Shown piece after piece: positions 12,791 through 25,652 of a DNA stretch of 64,000 bases. Both the position numbers and the translations under genes were made by a program. Under the pieces are notes generated by a model, which saw nothing but the letters and a program-made list of their open reading frames with translations, ran no database searches and was not told the DNA's origin. Origin of the DNA: Phoronis australis (lineage: Eukaryota; Animalia; Phoronida); contig NMRA01000331.1 in the NCBI GenBank assembly GCA_002633005.1, positions 67,674 to 131,673 on the forward strand. Direction: 5' to 3'. Numbering within the stretch: position 1 is the stretch's first letter; each line of letters begins with the position of its first letter.

Positions 12791-15299
12791 AAGGTACGCT
12801 CGTTTGCGCCATGCCTTGAAAGTTAGCAATTCCAAGTAATCTCAAAAGCCGCCTTGTTATAAGAAAACAGCTATCTGTCTTCGGGCTTTTCAAGCGATGT
12901 ACCCCACTAGTATAGTGAACCTTTACACGGTGTGGGTACCTGTACTACGTGTTTGGACTGGTCATGAGGAGTACGGCGTCGTCATAAGCAATTTGACGTA
13001 GGAATACAACACCAGTCGAAAAAAATTGTCATGGAAACCACTTGGTCAACAGCCTGCACGAGTCTCGCATTTTAGAGATTCTGAGCAGTTTCGTATGCTT
13101 CCTTAGCAGTAAGCAAAGTCAAAGCTATCCTCTGACACAGTGCTACCTATACAGAAAAGTGGCCCTGTAGAAACATGATGAACGACGCACGGAATTCCGT
13201 GTGTGGTAATCGATGGACATTCGTAATTGCCATCTTCAATTCAGGCAAATTTGACAATAAAAATATAACAAATCTAATTGTACGTATACGAAAGTTCATA
13301 TCTATCGTTAGCGACTTAAAAATACGATTTCCAATTTGTAATATTTTATTCGAAATGGGTTTTCCAGCTTTCAACCAATGGGAATGACTGAATGTTATGA
13401 CGTCGATTACATTACTTTAGCCAGTGGAAAGCCATTTTAAGCAACCTTCGACAGAACTTGCTTTCGTAACATTGTGAAAGAGTGTAAATCAAAGCAAGTT
13501 TGAGACGAGTTCAGTATGTACTGAAACGTAGTATCCGTGCACTCCTTCGAGTATGAAGCGCCAAATGGTTCGTAAATTACTGCCTTTCTGGGCGTAAGAT
13601 GTGGTAATTTTGCGAGCAGAATAGGTTGTTCAAAGAGAAGAAATTGTCATTTCCCTTTTTGTTTTTTACGTTAAATACGAAAATACAGGAGTTGAGCCTA
13701 CAAAGCGCTAGAAAGCATTATATCGGAGCGCAAGGGATTTACACATCCGTATCTGTATTGGTGCGCGAACTTTAATTTAACTATCCAAACCAGACAAGTG
13801 GGGTAAGGTTTTAACACAAAACTAGTGAATTAAATTGTGTCAACGGTTCACCGGGGTAACCTGGCTTTGCGTACGTCAACAACATACAGGGGACGAGCGT
13901 TATTGCTGAGGAACAGTAATTATAAACTTGCAAAAATTGTGGAGCTCCAACTCAACGGAATCAGCCTAGTATTTCAATCACCGAAATTACTAGATAATTA
14001 CAGTTGTACAAAGTCACCAGAATCATCACGCTGAGCAGGGCTTGAGAAACATTACCTCAAACCACCGATGCACGCCAGAATATAAGCTTGTGTTAGGCAT
14101 CATTACTATCTCAAAAGAAATGAAATACGCGCACTCCATAGCTACATGCGTGCATCACAGTATCACCCTGGTACTACGTCGAACGACTATTTCTACATGT
14201 AGAACAATCCGTTCTGTGCGGTTAATAAGCACATTTTACGCGCTAACAGCCACTTGGCGCTCCACATTCGGGATACCCATGAATCCAGGAAGTACTCAAT
14301 GTATACGCAGGTGTCGTGACTTAAAAAATTTCCAGCGAATAGGTTTTCGATTAAAATTTTATATATTTTTTAGTTCGAAATATCATAGAGAAGGATTTCG
14401 GGGGTTGGGTAAATTTCACCTCAGAATCTCCCACCCCCCGGGCTTATTGATATTCATCAAAATACCAAATCCGCGCACCATAGTCCAATAGCACCCTCCA
14501 CTTATTTCAGTGCTTTAAGAGCAGCGTCGCTCATGAAACAAGCAAATACGTTATTCTAAACGGAAAGGTAATTTTTGCGTGTTAAGAATGTGAGGAAGTG
14601 GATTGTAGGGAGCACACTACACTATTAATTATATGTGCAGTATGGCTTCTCTACAATTCGAGAGACTATCGTGACTGAGCAGCACAAACAGTTTTCAAAA
14701 CTGCGTACCATTTACAATTGTGGTGTGTATAGCGAACTTAAGGAACGATCAGACCGTTTTCAAACGTGATATGAGTGAATTTTCACTTGGACGCTACGTT
14801 GTGACAGCTGGTATGCATGTCACATGACTGACGTACTTGCCAAGATATCATAAATTCAATTAAAATGCGATCATGCTTCATGCCGTCAGTGAAAATAAAC
14901 ATGACGCTAATGTGATCAGTGTAATAAGATTTTCTTTTTAGCGACGATATGGACAAAAATAAATATGAAAACATTCCCGGCAATATCTGTCAAAATTGTT
15001 TGCTCCATATGTCGATTAAAAGAGCGACGGGAACCTGGAAGATAATGTTGCCAACGTTTATACTATACGAAAATATGTAACGAACATAAACCGACTTAAG
15101 CGACTACCACGTTGACATTTCGACCCAGCTTTATCAAGAAGCGCAGTAATTCTATGCTTTGCATTTGACATTTCATGCTTTGTTAAAATGCAACAATTCC
15201 CGTGAGTTGGATGAACAGACGTACAGTACAGTGCTACTTTTCAATTTACAACCAACAAAAATGATAACAGAAAATGAAGGCTTGAATTAGAATGTTGTA

Positions 15300-15795
15300 C
15301 TTGTTTCTTGCTGAAGATTATTCCTCAAAAGAATCAACCAGTTGTTATTCAGCATGGCTTGTTACAAGGAAAGTAAAATGATCCACTAAAGCACAGATTT
15401 AACCAGGAATTTCAGGCTTGCATGTTTGGAAAATAACTCAACCCAGTACAAGGTTGAAGTATTCTTTCACGAAGCTTTGACATTCCGTTTATGCACGAGC
15501 CGCGCACGGGTGGCCCTGAATCACACAAGCACAACCCGTTATGAATGGATGGCGCACACCTGTGTGCTTTTTTAACATTTGTCGTCTTTCTTCTGGCAAT
15601 CTCAAAAATAGACATTTTTTCACTTTATCATATTCAATCTCGCCACACTGGGTTGCGGCTATTGGTGGCAAATTGTTAACAGTATTCGCGAAGAAGTTTC
15701 AGACATGTCTCCAAGCGTTCGCAAACTTTCCCGTTAGTTGTACAGCCTCCTGTTCCCATTGCAACGATTTCGAACCTTCGGGACAATGTTCATAA
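15300..15795 (-). mobile_element. Possible degenerate Gypsy gag (SCAN-like) remnant
   Basis: Minus-strand translation SLQWEQEAVQLTGKFANAW...EYDKVKKCLFLRLPEERRQ resembles the Gypsy gag pattern W...L.GKA...YD.VK...PE.YRQ; contains stops. Confidence 0.35.
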
Positions 15796-17188
15796 AATTC
15801 GAGCAATTATTTTTCCTTTTAAAACACTCGCATGGGCATGCCAACGAAATAATACTGATCTCATTCAGATCCAAACTCGGAGTAAGAAGAGGTTTCGTGA
15901 CTTAGAACAACCTAACAGTTCCGTTATGATTAAACTTGTTGGTACTTTATTATTAGATAAAGCCCGTTATTGTTTTAGACCAAGCTATGCGCATAAAACA
16001 AAAACCCGAGACTAACCAACTTGTAGAGCCTGATGCAATGGTGAACATTCAGTACTCTCCAAGCTTAGGAATCACATCCAATTTAACAAAGCAAGGCATC
16101 TAACACCTTCCCCCGCCAGTGGATGATTGATAAATGAATTCCGGCTGTGATTAAAACGTGACGATTAATCAGTGACAAGTAATATCAGTGAAATTTTGCG
16201 ATTCGAAGTGATAAAAAACAAAACCCAAGCTACTTGGTAGTGAACGAGACTTGGAAACTTAATTCGTTATCTGCATCCTGCATACATGTATATGCCAAAC
16301 TTGAGGACAATTGCACAATAGATTACAGAAAACGAAATAACGCAAGCCAGACGCGAAACAAAAGCAATCACCTATACCAAGATTCAACACATGTGTCTCT
16401 CTTCAACTGAAACCACAACAGCATCTCGACACACGGTCTTAATTCGATGTCCCGCCGTGACCCCCCCCCNCCCCCCCCCTTCGTCAATTTAAGCAAAGGT
16501 CACGACTTACAACGTCAGAAAAACATAAGCAACACAAAAATGCGTGAAAAAGTTTATCGATTTTACCCTATCAATATCAGAAAGACAATTCATCTGATTA
16601 GTTATAAGTCTATGTGCTTTAAGTGATTATTTTCAGTTGTGCCACACCTGTGTCTCTTTCGCTTATGCAATAAGTGTGGCAAATTGTATTACCCTTAACA
16701 CTGAAATGTCATAAATCACAAACTAAATGTCAGTGCTGTGATACCTAGCGGATTTAAGTGTAGCATGCAATTCAGTTCACCCCATTCTATGTCTGCGCAC
16801 GAAAGCTCATCTATACCACGTGTTAGGCAGCCATTCGATAGGCGTTAAATATTCGTAAAAAGATATAGGCTTTCAAAAGGCATATCGGCGTTATATATAC
16901 AAGTATTAGGTGCTTACTCACAGGCGTTATATATACAAGAATTGGGTGCTTACACACGAATATCGGGTTCTATGTTAAGACATTCGCAAACTTTCATACG
17001 AATAGGGTGACCCCGTAAATTAATAACAAGTGGAATGGAGAAAAAATCAACAGCAAATGAAGTACAAACTCGAAGTAAAGCGGAATGGGTGCCATATTAA
17101 CTTCATTTGCCAAAATGTGTTTGTTACTCTTCCGAATCTTGGAATGAAAACACACATAACTTAATGCGAAATAAAAGCATATACATAC

Positions 17189-17972
17189 TTCTGGATTGCT
17201 TGCTAATATCCAATAAATTCTCCGTGTGATTAAATTGACCCGCTTCGTCAATGTTAAATTTCTTGTACTTAGGTTTGTCTTTAATTGCCTTTTCTTCATA
17301 CTCTTTTGTAAGCATGTCGAACAAGGACTGTGCGAGGAAGAACCAGTTTGTTTTAGCGCGTTTCAAGTCTTCGAAGTATGTCATGACTTTAATCCAATCG
17401 AACTGCATGAAAATAACTTTAAAAAAGTTCGCAGCCTTGTTCGACGGGGGAGTCAAGCGGGTCAGGTACTTGTAATTGATCTTTTTATTTTCACCAAATT
17501 CAGGTGCCCCTGCCTCTGGGGTAATCACTGGAGTTTGCCACGAACGGGATGAATACCGTGCAACGGGGGCCGTGCCGTAGGGTCCAGGCGGCCCAAAGAA
17601 GACATTCACATTATGAAAGTAGTAGAGGTCTATGGCTTGCAGGGGAGCAATGGCGTCCGTATTCTGTTGAGGTCCTGACCCTACTCCCGCATCGCGCTCG
17701 ATGACTGTAAAGTTGCAGCCGGGTAAGTAACCGTGATGTTGTATTAGCTCAAGCGCTGTTCTCATCGCTGGACTGCCCAACTGAAGAGGCAAGCCTACTG
17801 GATGGCCATCTATGGTGGTGTGATTGGGTAGAATGACCCCCAAGGTCACTTCAACATCCTTTCTTGTGCTGTTTGTTCTACGACCACTGAACTGCTTATC
17901 CAGCTCATGACTAGACGCCCCGCAGACCACGAAAATCAAAGTCGTTATAACTACATGCACGAGGGTACGCAT
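17189..17972 (-). CDS. First coding exon (A) of natriuretic peptide receptor / receptor guanylyl cyclase: signal peptide + N-terminal ANF-receptor ligand-binding domain
   Basis: ATG at 17972 (MRTLVHVVITTLIFVVCGASS signal peptide); motifs VTLGVILP, PAMRTALE, VNVFFGPPGPYGTAPVARYS, W.TPVIT, YKYLTRL; ends ...KQSR A|gtatgt, 784 nt = 261 codons + 1 (phase 1), matching the exon-1 boundary of vertebrate NPR genes. Confidence 0.9.
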
Positions 17973-20154
17973 GACTGAACTTGTTTTAACAAGTACCTGG
18001 CACGAGTACACGGTGAGCTTATTTGCTCAACAACAAGTACCCTAGCTTCTTATGCCTCACTATTCGGTTTGAGCTCCAGAAACTTCATCAGCATCACCAC
18101 ACATGCGCAAGGAAAGCGACTACACCCTCCACACTAAACCATCTGCGTATGACAGAGCGCTAACAAGGACGCACCTCTCTTATATTATAATAGTATTGGA
18201 AATTACATCCATTTAACAAAGGTGTTTATGTTGTCCGCTAGGCGGCGAAACTCTCTGAATATCCTTTGCTGCATTCCTGGCTCCGAGATACATCAGCGGC
18301 GTGTTAAAGTGTGACCGTTAAAAGCCTTGCCAACTTCAAGTACAGGCGTTACGTTATTAGCGAATTTGATTACACGGTCACAACACGCCGGATATAATGG
18401 AATTCATATCCAAATTAGCATTCAATAAAATGAAAAGTTCAAACGATCGAGGAGCGACAGTTGGCGAAATCGAATGAAAAATTTAGAAATGAGGTCGACG
18501 ACAAAAGGAAAAATAGCAATGACCACAGCCCTGATACCCACGGCAACAACGTCAAACCAACGAAAGTTCATTGAGGAGCCAGTCAATGAAACAGCAATCA
18601 TTAAATCAGAAAATCTCGAATAACATATTAAGAACGGTAAGCCGTACACTAAGGAGAAAACGATGACGAGGCAGTCTCGCCACCTGGTGAATGGATTGCC
18701 TGAGACTCTACAGAACATGGCCCTACACAAGGGGGTTGCGACGGGTGCGAACACCCCCCACCGGGATTTGAGGTCCCCCTTGGCAAGCCTAATTTAATTC
18801 ATATTACCTGTAGCTATACGTAAATTACTTTCGTAATGCTACTTTATTGAAGTAATTTTCTTCGTAAATGAATGTTTGTTCTCAGCTAATAGCAAACGGG
18901 CAAACCTACGATTTTAGTATTGTTGGCCGCTCCAATTACAAAGAGTGCGCGTGCAGTGGAAGGGATTCATTTCTGTGGGCACGCGTGTTGTATGAATCCT
19001 TGGCACGCGCATTATATGAACCCAGTAGGTACGTAGTAGTTCCATACACAGCAATTAGTCTTTCGACTTTTGTAAAAGAAGATGGGCAGCACAGTGCCTT
19101 TCGACCTTTCCAGTTTTCCACCAGGTGTGTGTTTACATTGTGAAAGCCTTTGAACTCAATGCCCACAGACAGCACTATATTTAAGGAGTAAGCATATTTT
19201 GCGGACAGATGGGGTACTAATTGCAAACGGTAAACCGTATTTTTATCGACAATCACCACATACGATTTTATTGTCTTATTTCTGACAGTCTATCGGTATC
19301 TATCATAAAGCTAAACAACGGTATCAATACAGTGACTATTTTTTATTTAAAATAAATGTATATGACAAAATGTAAAAAAAAAACTTGTTACATTTTTTTC
19401 AACTATCGCTTCGTTTTTGTTTCATCCCCATTTTAAATTTTCATAGCAACATAAAAGTAATACTTTTTGGTAGTTTATCTTACAAAAGTGTAACATTTCA
19501 AAATGTTTTGGAAAACAATGCACAAATCATGATATCTGAAAGTTTCAAATAAATCTGTTCAGCTATTTCCGAGATATGATGTGCCGAATTTAGCCAAATT
19601 TGGCCATTTTTATAGAGTTCGACATAATCTTAAACGACTTTGGGTGCCTGATATTTTAAATAAAGTTGTGGGGTTTTCAGTTAAAGTGTTCATCGTGGTA
19701 TTTTGTAGCCAGTAAGCCATTCAGTTGCTGTGTAACAATGCATAAACATTTGTTTAACTGAACTCGCTATGCATCTCTGCTAGCTGCTACGTCATAGACA
19801 CTTAGTTTGACGTCATTTCCTTAGCTTGTGTCACTGTACCCTGCATTGTCAGAAACATGCTCATTCGATACGAACTTCGTCTATTTCCGTGTGACGTGAT
19901 CTTTTAGCATATTTTAAACTTTTGCAATGTATTTGGTGAGTTTTAATATTTTTGAAAGAAGAGGCCATCCCGTCAAACTCTGAGGTCATGTGAATCAGTA
20001 CCGACATCTTGACCATCGTCTCCATCGCATTTCCCGTTCAATGTATTCACAATACTTCATAAATGGTTGAGATTGAACATTTCAAAGTAAGAATCAATTC
20101 TCTATGCCAATAGTACTACGCTGACAGTCTCGCGGTACAGTAAACATAGCTTAA

Positions 20155-21234
20155 AGAGTTCACACCATGATCATGTGTATCAAAAAGAATTTTTTAATAC
20201 ATCTTAAAAGATTTAATAGTGTTTAGCATACCTGTTGCTAAGAAACATGCCAAAATTTAATATTTCTTCTCTTGTAGATGTACGCAATGGGTGGAAGACC
20301 GTCTCCGCCGTTATTGTTTTTACCAGTGCGAAACTGAGGAGTTGTGAGGAAAGTTCGCGGAAAGCAGCATTTTCAGACATGAAAAATGTGCGTTTGTGGA
20401 GGCTGTAGAAACAGCAACTTAGCTGAGAACGTCTCTGTGTTCAAATTTCCTAAAGACGTGGAAGTTTCACAGAAATGGCATCGGTTTGTGTGCCACACGA
20501 GAGTGTGGAATGTCGGTGTGGAACATGCGATTCAGTTGAGAGCCATTCTTTGTTCGGCACATTTCAAGGAATCGTGTTTCTACCAAACACAAAATTGGCG
20601 TTACGATTAAGGACTCCCCATCTTGTAAGTGTATTTGCAAATTTTATAAATAACGAACAAACTGCTTCCATTCTAGGGCGAGTGATATCAGGCCTTCGAC
20701 CCCGGCCAAGATCGAGCGCTAAGACACGTAGGCTTATACATTGTGTTTAGTACGTATTCATTCCATTATGGCAATAGTGAATACGAGCGACTCAGGTTTA
20801 CTGTGGCCTTTGTCAGTGATTATTAAGTGTCTATTTTTTGAATATTGACCACCTCTTGGTTCAGTTAGTTGTGGCTCACAAGATGTCTGCAGCATTTCTC
20901 GTGCAAGTGGTCTCAAAGCCGACGAAAATTCGCTAAGTGGGAAATCGAATTCATTGTCCGATTCTTCTTCTCTGTCTGCATAATAATTGTCCAGTTCTCA
21001 CTCAGCATCGTTCTCGTCTTCTGATCTGCTGTGTAATTGATTGTCAGTTGACCAAATGTCTTCCACCCATTACATCATCTGACAGGAAACTTGGAAATAA
21101 CTAATTTTTCTTCAAAGTTAAAAAATCGCCATTATTTGGCATAAACACTGCTTACTTAGTTAGATTTTATGGTATTCATTTCATATTAGCTAACTGAATC
21201 CTCAAAAACTTTGAAAATACATGGTGGAAACACT
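20155..21234 (+). mobile_element. Kolobok-like non-autonomous element with THAP remnant
   Basis: TTAA|AGAGTTCACACCATG ... CATGGTGGAAACACT|TTAA; subterminal IR AATGGGTGGAAGAC (~20286) / GTCTTCCACCCATT (~21058). Confidence 0.6.
20386..20610 (+). pseudogene. THAP zinc-finger domain remnant
   Basis: CVCGGCRNS...SVFKFPKD...KW..FV...ILCSAHFKESCF: C2CH THAP signature, truncated before the AVPTI motif. Confidence 0.8.
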
Positions 21235-24200
21235 TTAAAGAGGCATGGAACGCGAAAGCTCGTCAAAAATACCTTTTAAACAACTCCTGACGAAAGTAAC
21301 ATCTGGTAGCGTCTAGTACAGAGTAATTCACTTTTGCCCTGTAAAGAAATTCCCGGAAAAAATCAAGATTTTTGAAATATGCGCAAAGGAAAACCTCTGT
21401 GGTTACCAAAGAGTTCCTAATTATCCCTCCCACTTATGATAAATGCGTGCATGCGCTCACAGTCAGTTGATTGAAATCGCTTGAGGTCTAAGGTGACATT
21501 TACCATAAAAGAGAAATGTGCTACGTCCATTTCTTGCCATACCAAATAAGTACACGACGAAGTGGCGACATGCGCGCACCCGGGTGATACCGCCACGTTC
21601 GCTCAATGGACGATTACAGGGACACCTGTTTCTAACGAATGAAACGGCATTATCGATTCTGAACGGTGTTTGAAATGCCCGCGAGATTCTCCCTAAAGTT
21701 TGTCTGAGATGACATAGAACAACGCGCATGCTGAATACGTTTCTGAAACTTAATAGCTCGCTTTAATTCGAAATTAATAATATCATAATATTAAAAAAGT
21801 CCATTTTAAGAAGTGTTTTTTCTTTCTTTTAGGTGATAACGTCGATTAAGGGAAATGATCCCAATGCAGTGCAAACGATCACAATTGTAAAAATCAGTAG
21901 AAAAGGTTGAAATTCTGCCAATAAAAATATCAAAATAATTCCACACCCGGTGACCAAACGCCATACCCGGGTACCCAACTCCACCAAGGATGTGGGACAG
22001 AAGTTCGGTCCCCAGTTGTGGATGGGTGTGTGGGGTTTAGGGTCGGGGGTATGGAATTTGTACCGCGAGTTTGGAGTTTGCTGCTACGGGACTGGGCTTT
22101 AGGAGACCGTAGTTCAAGTTCAAGGGCGCGGTCATAGAATCGTTTTATAACTGCAAATACGTGGAGAAAAGAAAACTTGATTTTAGTTTCAGGACGAGTT
22201 GACGAGGCCTTAAAACATATATTGTGTAGTTTAAGAAATCGATAGTTCAATAATGTTGTTACATGGTTTCTAACACCACAGTTTACTCAAAGAAAAGTAA
22301 TGAAGGTCGCGCCAATATTTTCATCTTGAATGTACGGCATGCATATTCAATCCTAATTAGCCAGTTAGAACTACATGTTCTTCCTTTTTGTAATAGTTTA
22401 AGTTTAATTATCATTTACGCACTCTTTCCTGTACCCATTGGACCTTGGGTTGTTTTCCGGTTTCATTTGACTCAGCAACGAAACTTTTGTGAAATTTCAG
22501 AAGAGAATAAATGCCTTGTAATTTTCACGTATAATATTCTATTTTTCCTTTTAGCAAGTGAGGCAATTTACATTTAGTTAGGCGATACCGAGTCAATTAG
22601 TTATGCAAACGCTCAATAGATGGCGAGAGAGTCACTTGCTCATACCTCGCGTGTTCGTAATTACTGCTAGATTTCAGCAGCCAAACAAACACGCCGTTAC
22701 TGAATAACTTAAAAATAGACAGTGTAAAATGTTTTGAAACGAGAGATCGATAATAGTTAAAATCATCCGACTTGGACGGTCGACCGAAATAGTACGTGTT
22801 GTATCTTTGCCACATTATTTATGCACAGACGAGCAGAACATGTTGCTATTTTGGCTATTTTTCTGCATTGTGCTCGTATTTTGGCCCATGCATCTATATC
22901 CTGCGACACACAGCGTTTTACAAATACAGTGGTTTATTCAAGTGTATCTCATTTTGGCGCATGCGACTACAGCTTCACCTGACAGGCCATTATCCCATTG
23001 AAATGCGTGAATGGATAAACTCAGAGTTGTTTGTTCATTATTATTGCTTTTAAGTTAATAATTAGTGTGAGATAAATTAAGTTTCTCTTCCTAAAAGTAA
23101 CTTGCTCCTCGGCTTTACTCCAATGTCGCTTCCCGGTTACAGGGGTCTAAACTGAAATCACAGTGAGTTCTATCTTCTCGAGAAGATGTTGCCATTCTAT
23201 TGAGAAAAAGATCAAAAATGTTAATTCTACGTTTCCTACTGTTGAGGTGTGTGCACTCATTCACAAAGATTAAACTAATATTAAAATAAAATTGGGTTTT
23301 GTCTGATTCTTAAATTTTCTCTTTGAAGAAAAGGTTGAAATGGAAATTAAAAAATAATGAGGTTAAAACAATGAAATACACGAGTATTAGTCGATAGACG
23401 TGCATTCATTTGAACTATTGATAAGAATGTTTACAAAACGACGAAAACAAGAAGGTCAATGCAACACCGAATTCAAGAAATACTGTTTGCTAATGATTAG
23501 TAAGTCACAACTACAACATATTGGGCATGTAACCTACATAAAAATACAAGACTTAAAAGACCATTTAAGCAACAGAACCAAACACTTATAGGCTAAGTTC
23601 ACTGCCTTTCTATAATATCAACCAGGGTTAATAGTCTGACTGGACCTAATAATCATCCCCGCTCTGTGTTTTTAGTGTGAAAATGTAACAGGGATCCTCA
23701 AGGAAGGGCATTGTTTTGCAAATTTTCCAATATCAGATGGTTTTAACATAACATACCGTTACAATTATTGTTATAAGCATAAACACGGACACGCGTAACA
23801 CACACGAGCTCGTCCTAATCGGGTTATGAAAATAAACACGAGAAAACGTTTCGTTGAAAGCGTTACGATTCGTTTGTTGTCAAACCTTACAGAGGAGGTA
23901 TTTTAACGGGTCTAACGTATGCTCCACAGCGGAGTCACTTTCATAAAAACGCAGAAACCGCAACGCAAAACGTTAATATGCTCCGATCTACAAGAGGTAC
24001 TTGTTCTATACATCAAACCGTTTTTTACTCTTGCCAAAATCTGAGACACTTGCAAGTGATTCCCAGGACCTGCTAGTCAACTAAACGTAATACATAATTT
24101 TGATTGATACTGAACTTCGGCTGAACGTATTGTATTTCTAATCGAATATTTTACGGTCTCTAACGTGTCTAGAAATACACTGGTACTGTGAATCTTATTT

Positions 24201-25185
24201 TTGTAAGTTATTAAAAGGAGACAATAATAAAGCGTTTCTATCTATCCAGTGGAGGGGTCAGCATATTTTTTTTCACGAATATGCTCGAGAATTGGTGTGT
24301 CATTCTCTCGATACTAAAAGCATAATAATGACTAAATTTAACGAAAATCAACAAAGCTGTGTGGCAAACACACTGGTGTAAAAAATACCGGTCAAAAAAT
24401 GGGGCGAAGGACTATGCGGGAGCGTTCAAACGTAGCCAAGTGCACCTGAGGAACCTCCGCTATTTTCAAGATTCAAAAATGTTCTCTTTAATACGAGTTG
24501 AACTTGAGTTACAAGGCAGGTTATGTGACTGTGACTGTAAATGGTCGATCATTTTGAAACCTGCTGTGAAAGCCGTTTAAATCACACTGTGTGTAAAGCA
24601 ACACGAATTAACCTCTGTTCTGTTTTCAACCCATGAGACCATTTACTTCGTAAGCTACCTTTCGTGTGAAAATTCTCGAAGCATTAATAATAAAAACTGA
24701 AACTCCTGACATAATTTCCAAGATACTGGGTTCCATCTACTAAGTATACAGCTTTGCGCCGATGTTAGTGGCTAAAACAGTGGTAGGATAAAATTATTTA
24801 AAGGTGTTGGAAAAATGGCGTTCTACCGTTATTTTGCTGCTAAAGTTGTGGAGCGATCTTTAGCAACGACTTTCGGCGTCATGAAATATCGCGTCACCTA
24901 TTGGCCAGTTTCTTTTTTCGCCGATTCTTCAATCAACTGTTCTTCTTTCACGAGGTTGCGTGCACGTCGCAGCTGCCAAGCTACCATCATCTCCCGAGAG
25001 ATGTCGCAAAAATTTAGGAAACGGCGCGTGCGCGTGTCACGAGCGTACTGTTTTCAAAACGAGGACATAACTTTTCTTTGTTAGAAAAGGCGAAGGATTG
25101 CGCAAGAAAATAACGTTTCTTAGATTGTTTTCCACTTAAACGACTTCATACAGTTAGCTGGCTGGCTAGGTTCCATCTAGCTCTA

Positions 25186-25652
25186 TAAATTTACACAAAA
25201 CAGGAGTTCAACAAACCATGGGGAGTTGTTCTTTCTCCCAATACCAATTACGGTGTCCTCCTTCACCGAGTTCGCAACAAATTCGCGGTCAAAGCACAAA
25301 AGTCTTCCCAAAAAGTCGCTGCGGACGGCCAGTATGCTTCACGCGAGTAGGGTCAAGGTCAAGTAGGGTACTACGGAATAATCCGATGAGTTACGAATGG
25401 ACCTCAATTGCCGGTTCATCACGGAGGGTTACGAAATGGTCTGGGTAAGTGTGGAGTTATTGATGTCGCGACCTTCCGTGACAAACTGGCAATTTCCGTG
25501 TGGCATATTGACCGTACGCAGCGACTTTTTGGGAGGATTTTTGTGCTTTGACCGCGAATTTGTTGCGAACTCGGTAAAGCAGGACACCATAAATGGTTTT
25601 GGGAGAAAGAACAATTCCTCATGGTTTATTGAACTCCTGCTTGTGTAAATTT
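25186..25652. repeat. Foldback element / long imperfect inverted repeat
   Basis: AAATTTACAC...CAGGAGTTCAA...CCGAGTTCGCAACAAATTCGCGGTCAAAGCACAAAA (25187-25300) mirrored at 25538-25652; inner arms AATTGCCGGTTCATCACGGAGGG / CCTTCCGTGACAAACTGGCAATT. Confidence 0.85.

Noticed and set aside
16461-16479. Poly-C tract as a functional G-quadruplex element
   Set aside because: Contains an N; length is uncertain and may be an assembly artefact.
17124-18011. ORF-track boundaries of the receptor exons as complete genes
   Set aside because: The ORFs run past clear GT donors (17188 and 57445) into introns; the ORF at 18011 starts at GTG, while the ATG at 17972 gives a proper signal peptide.
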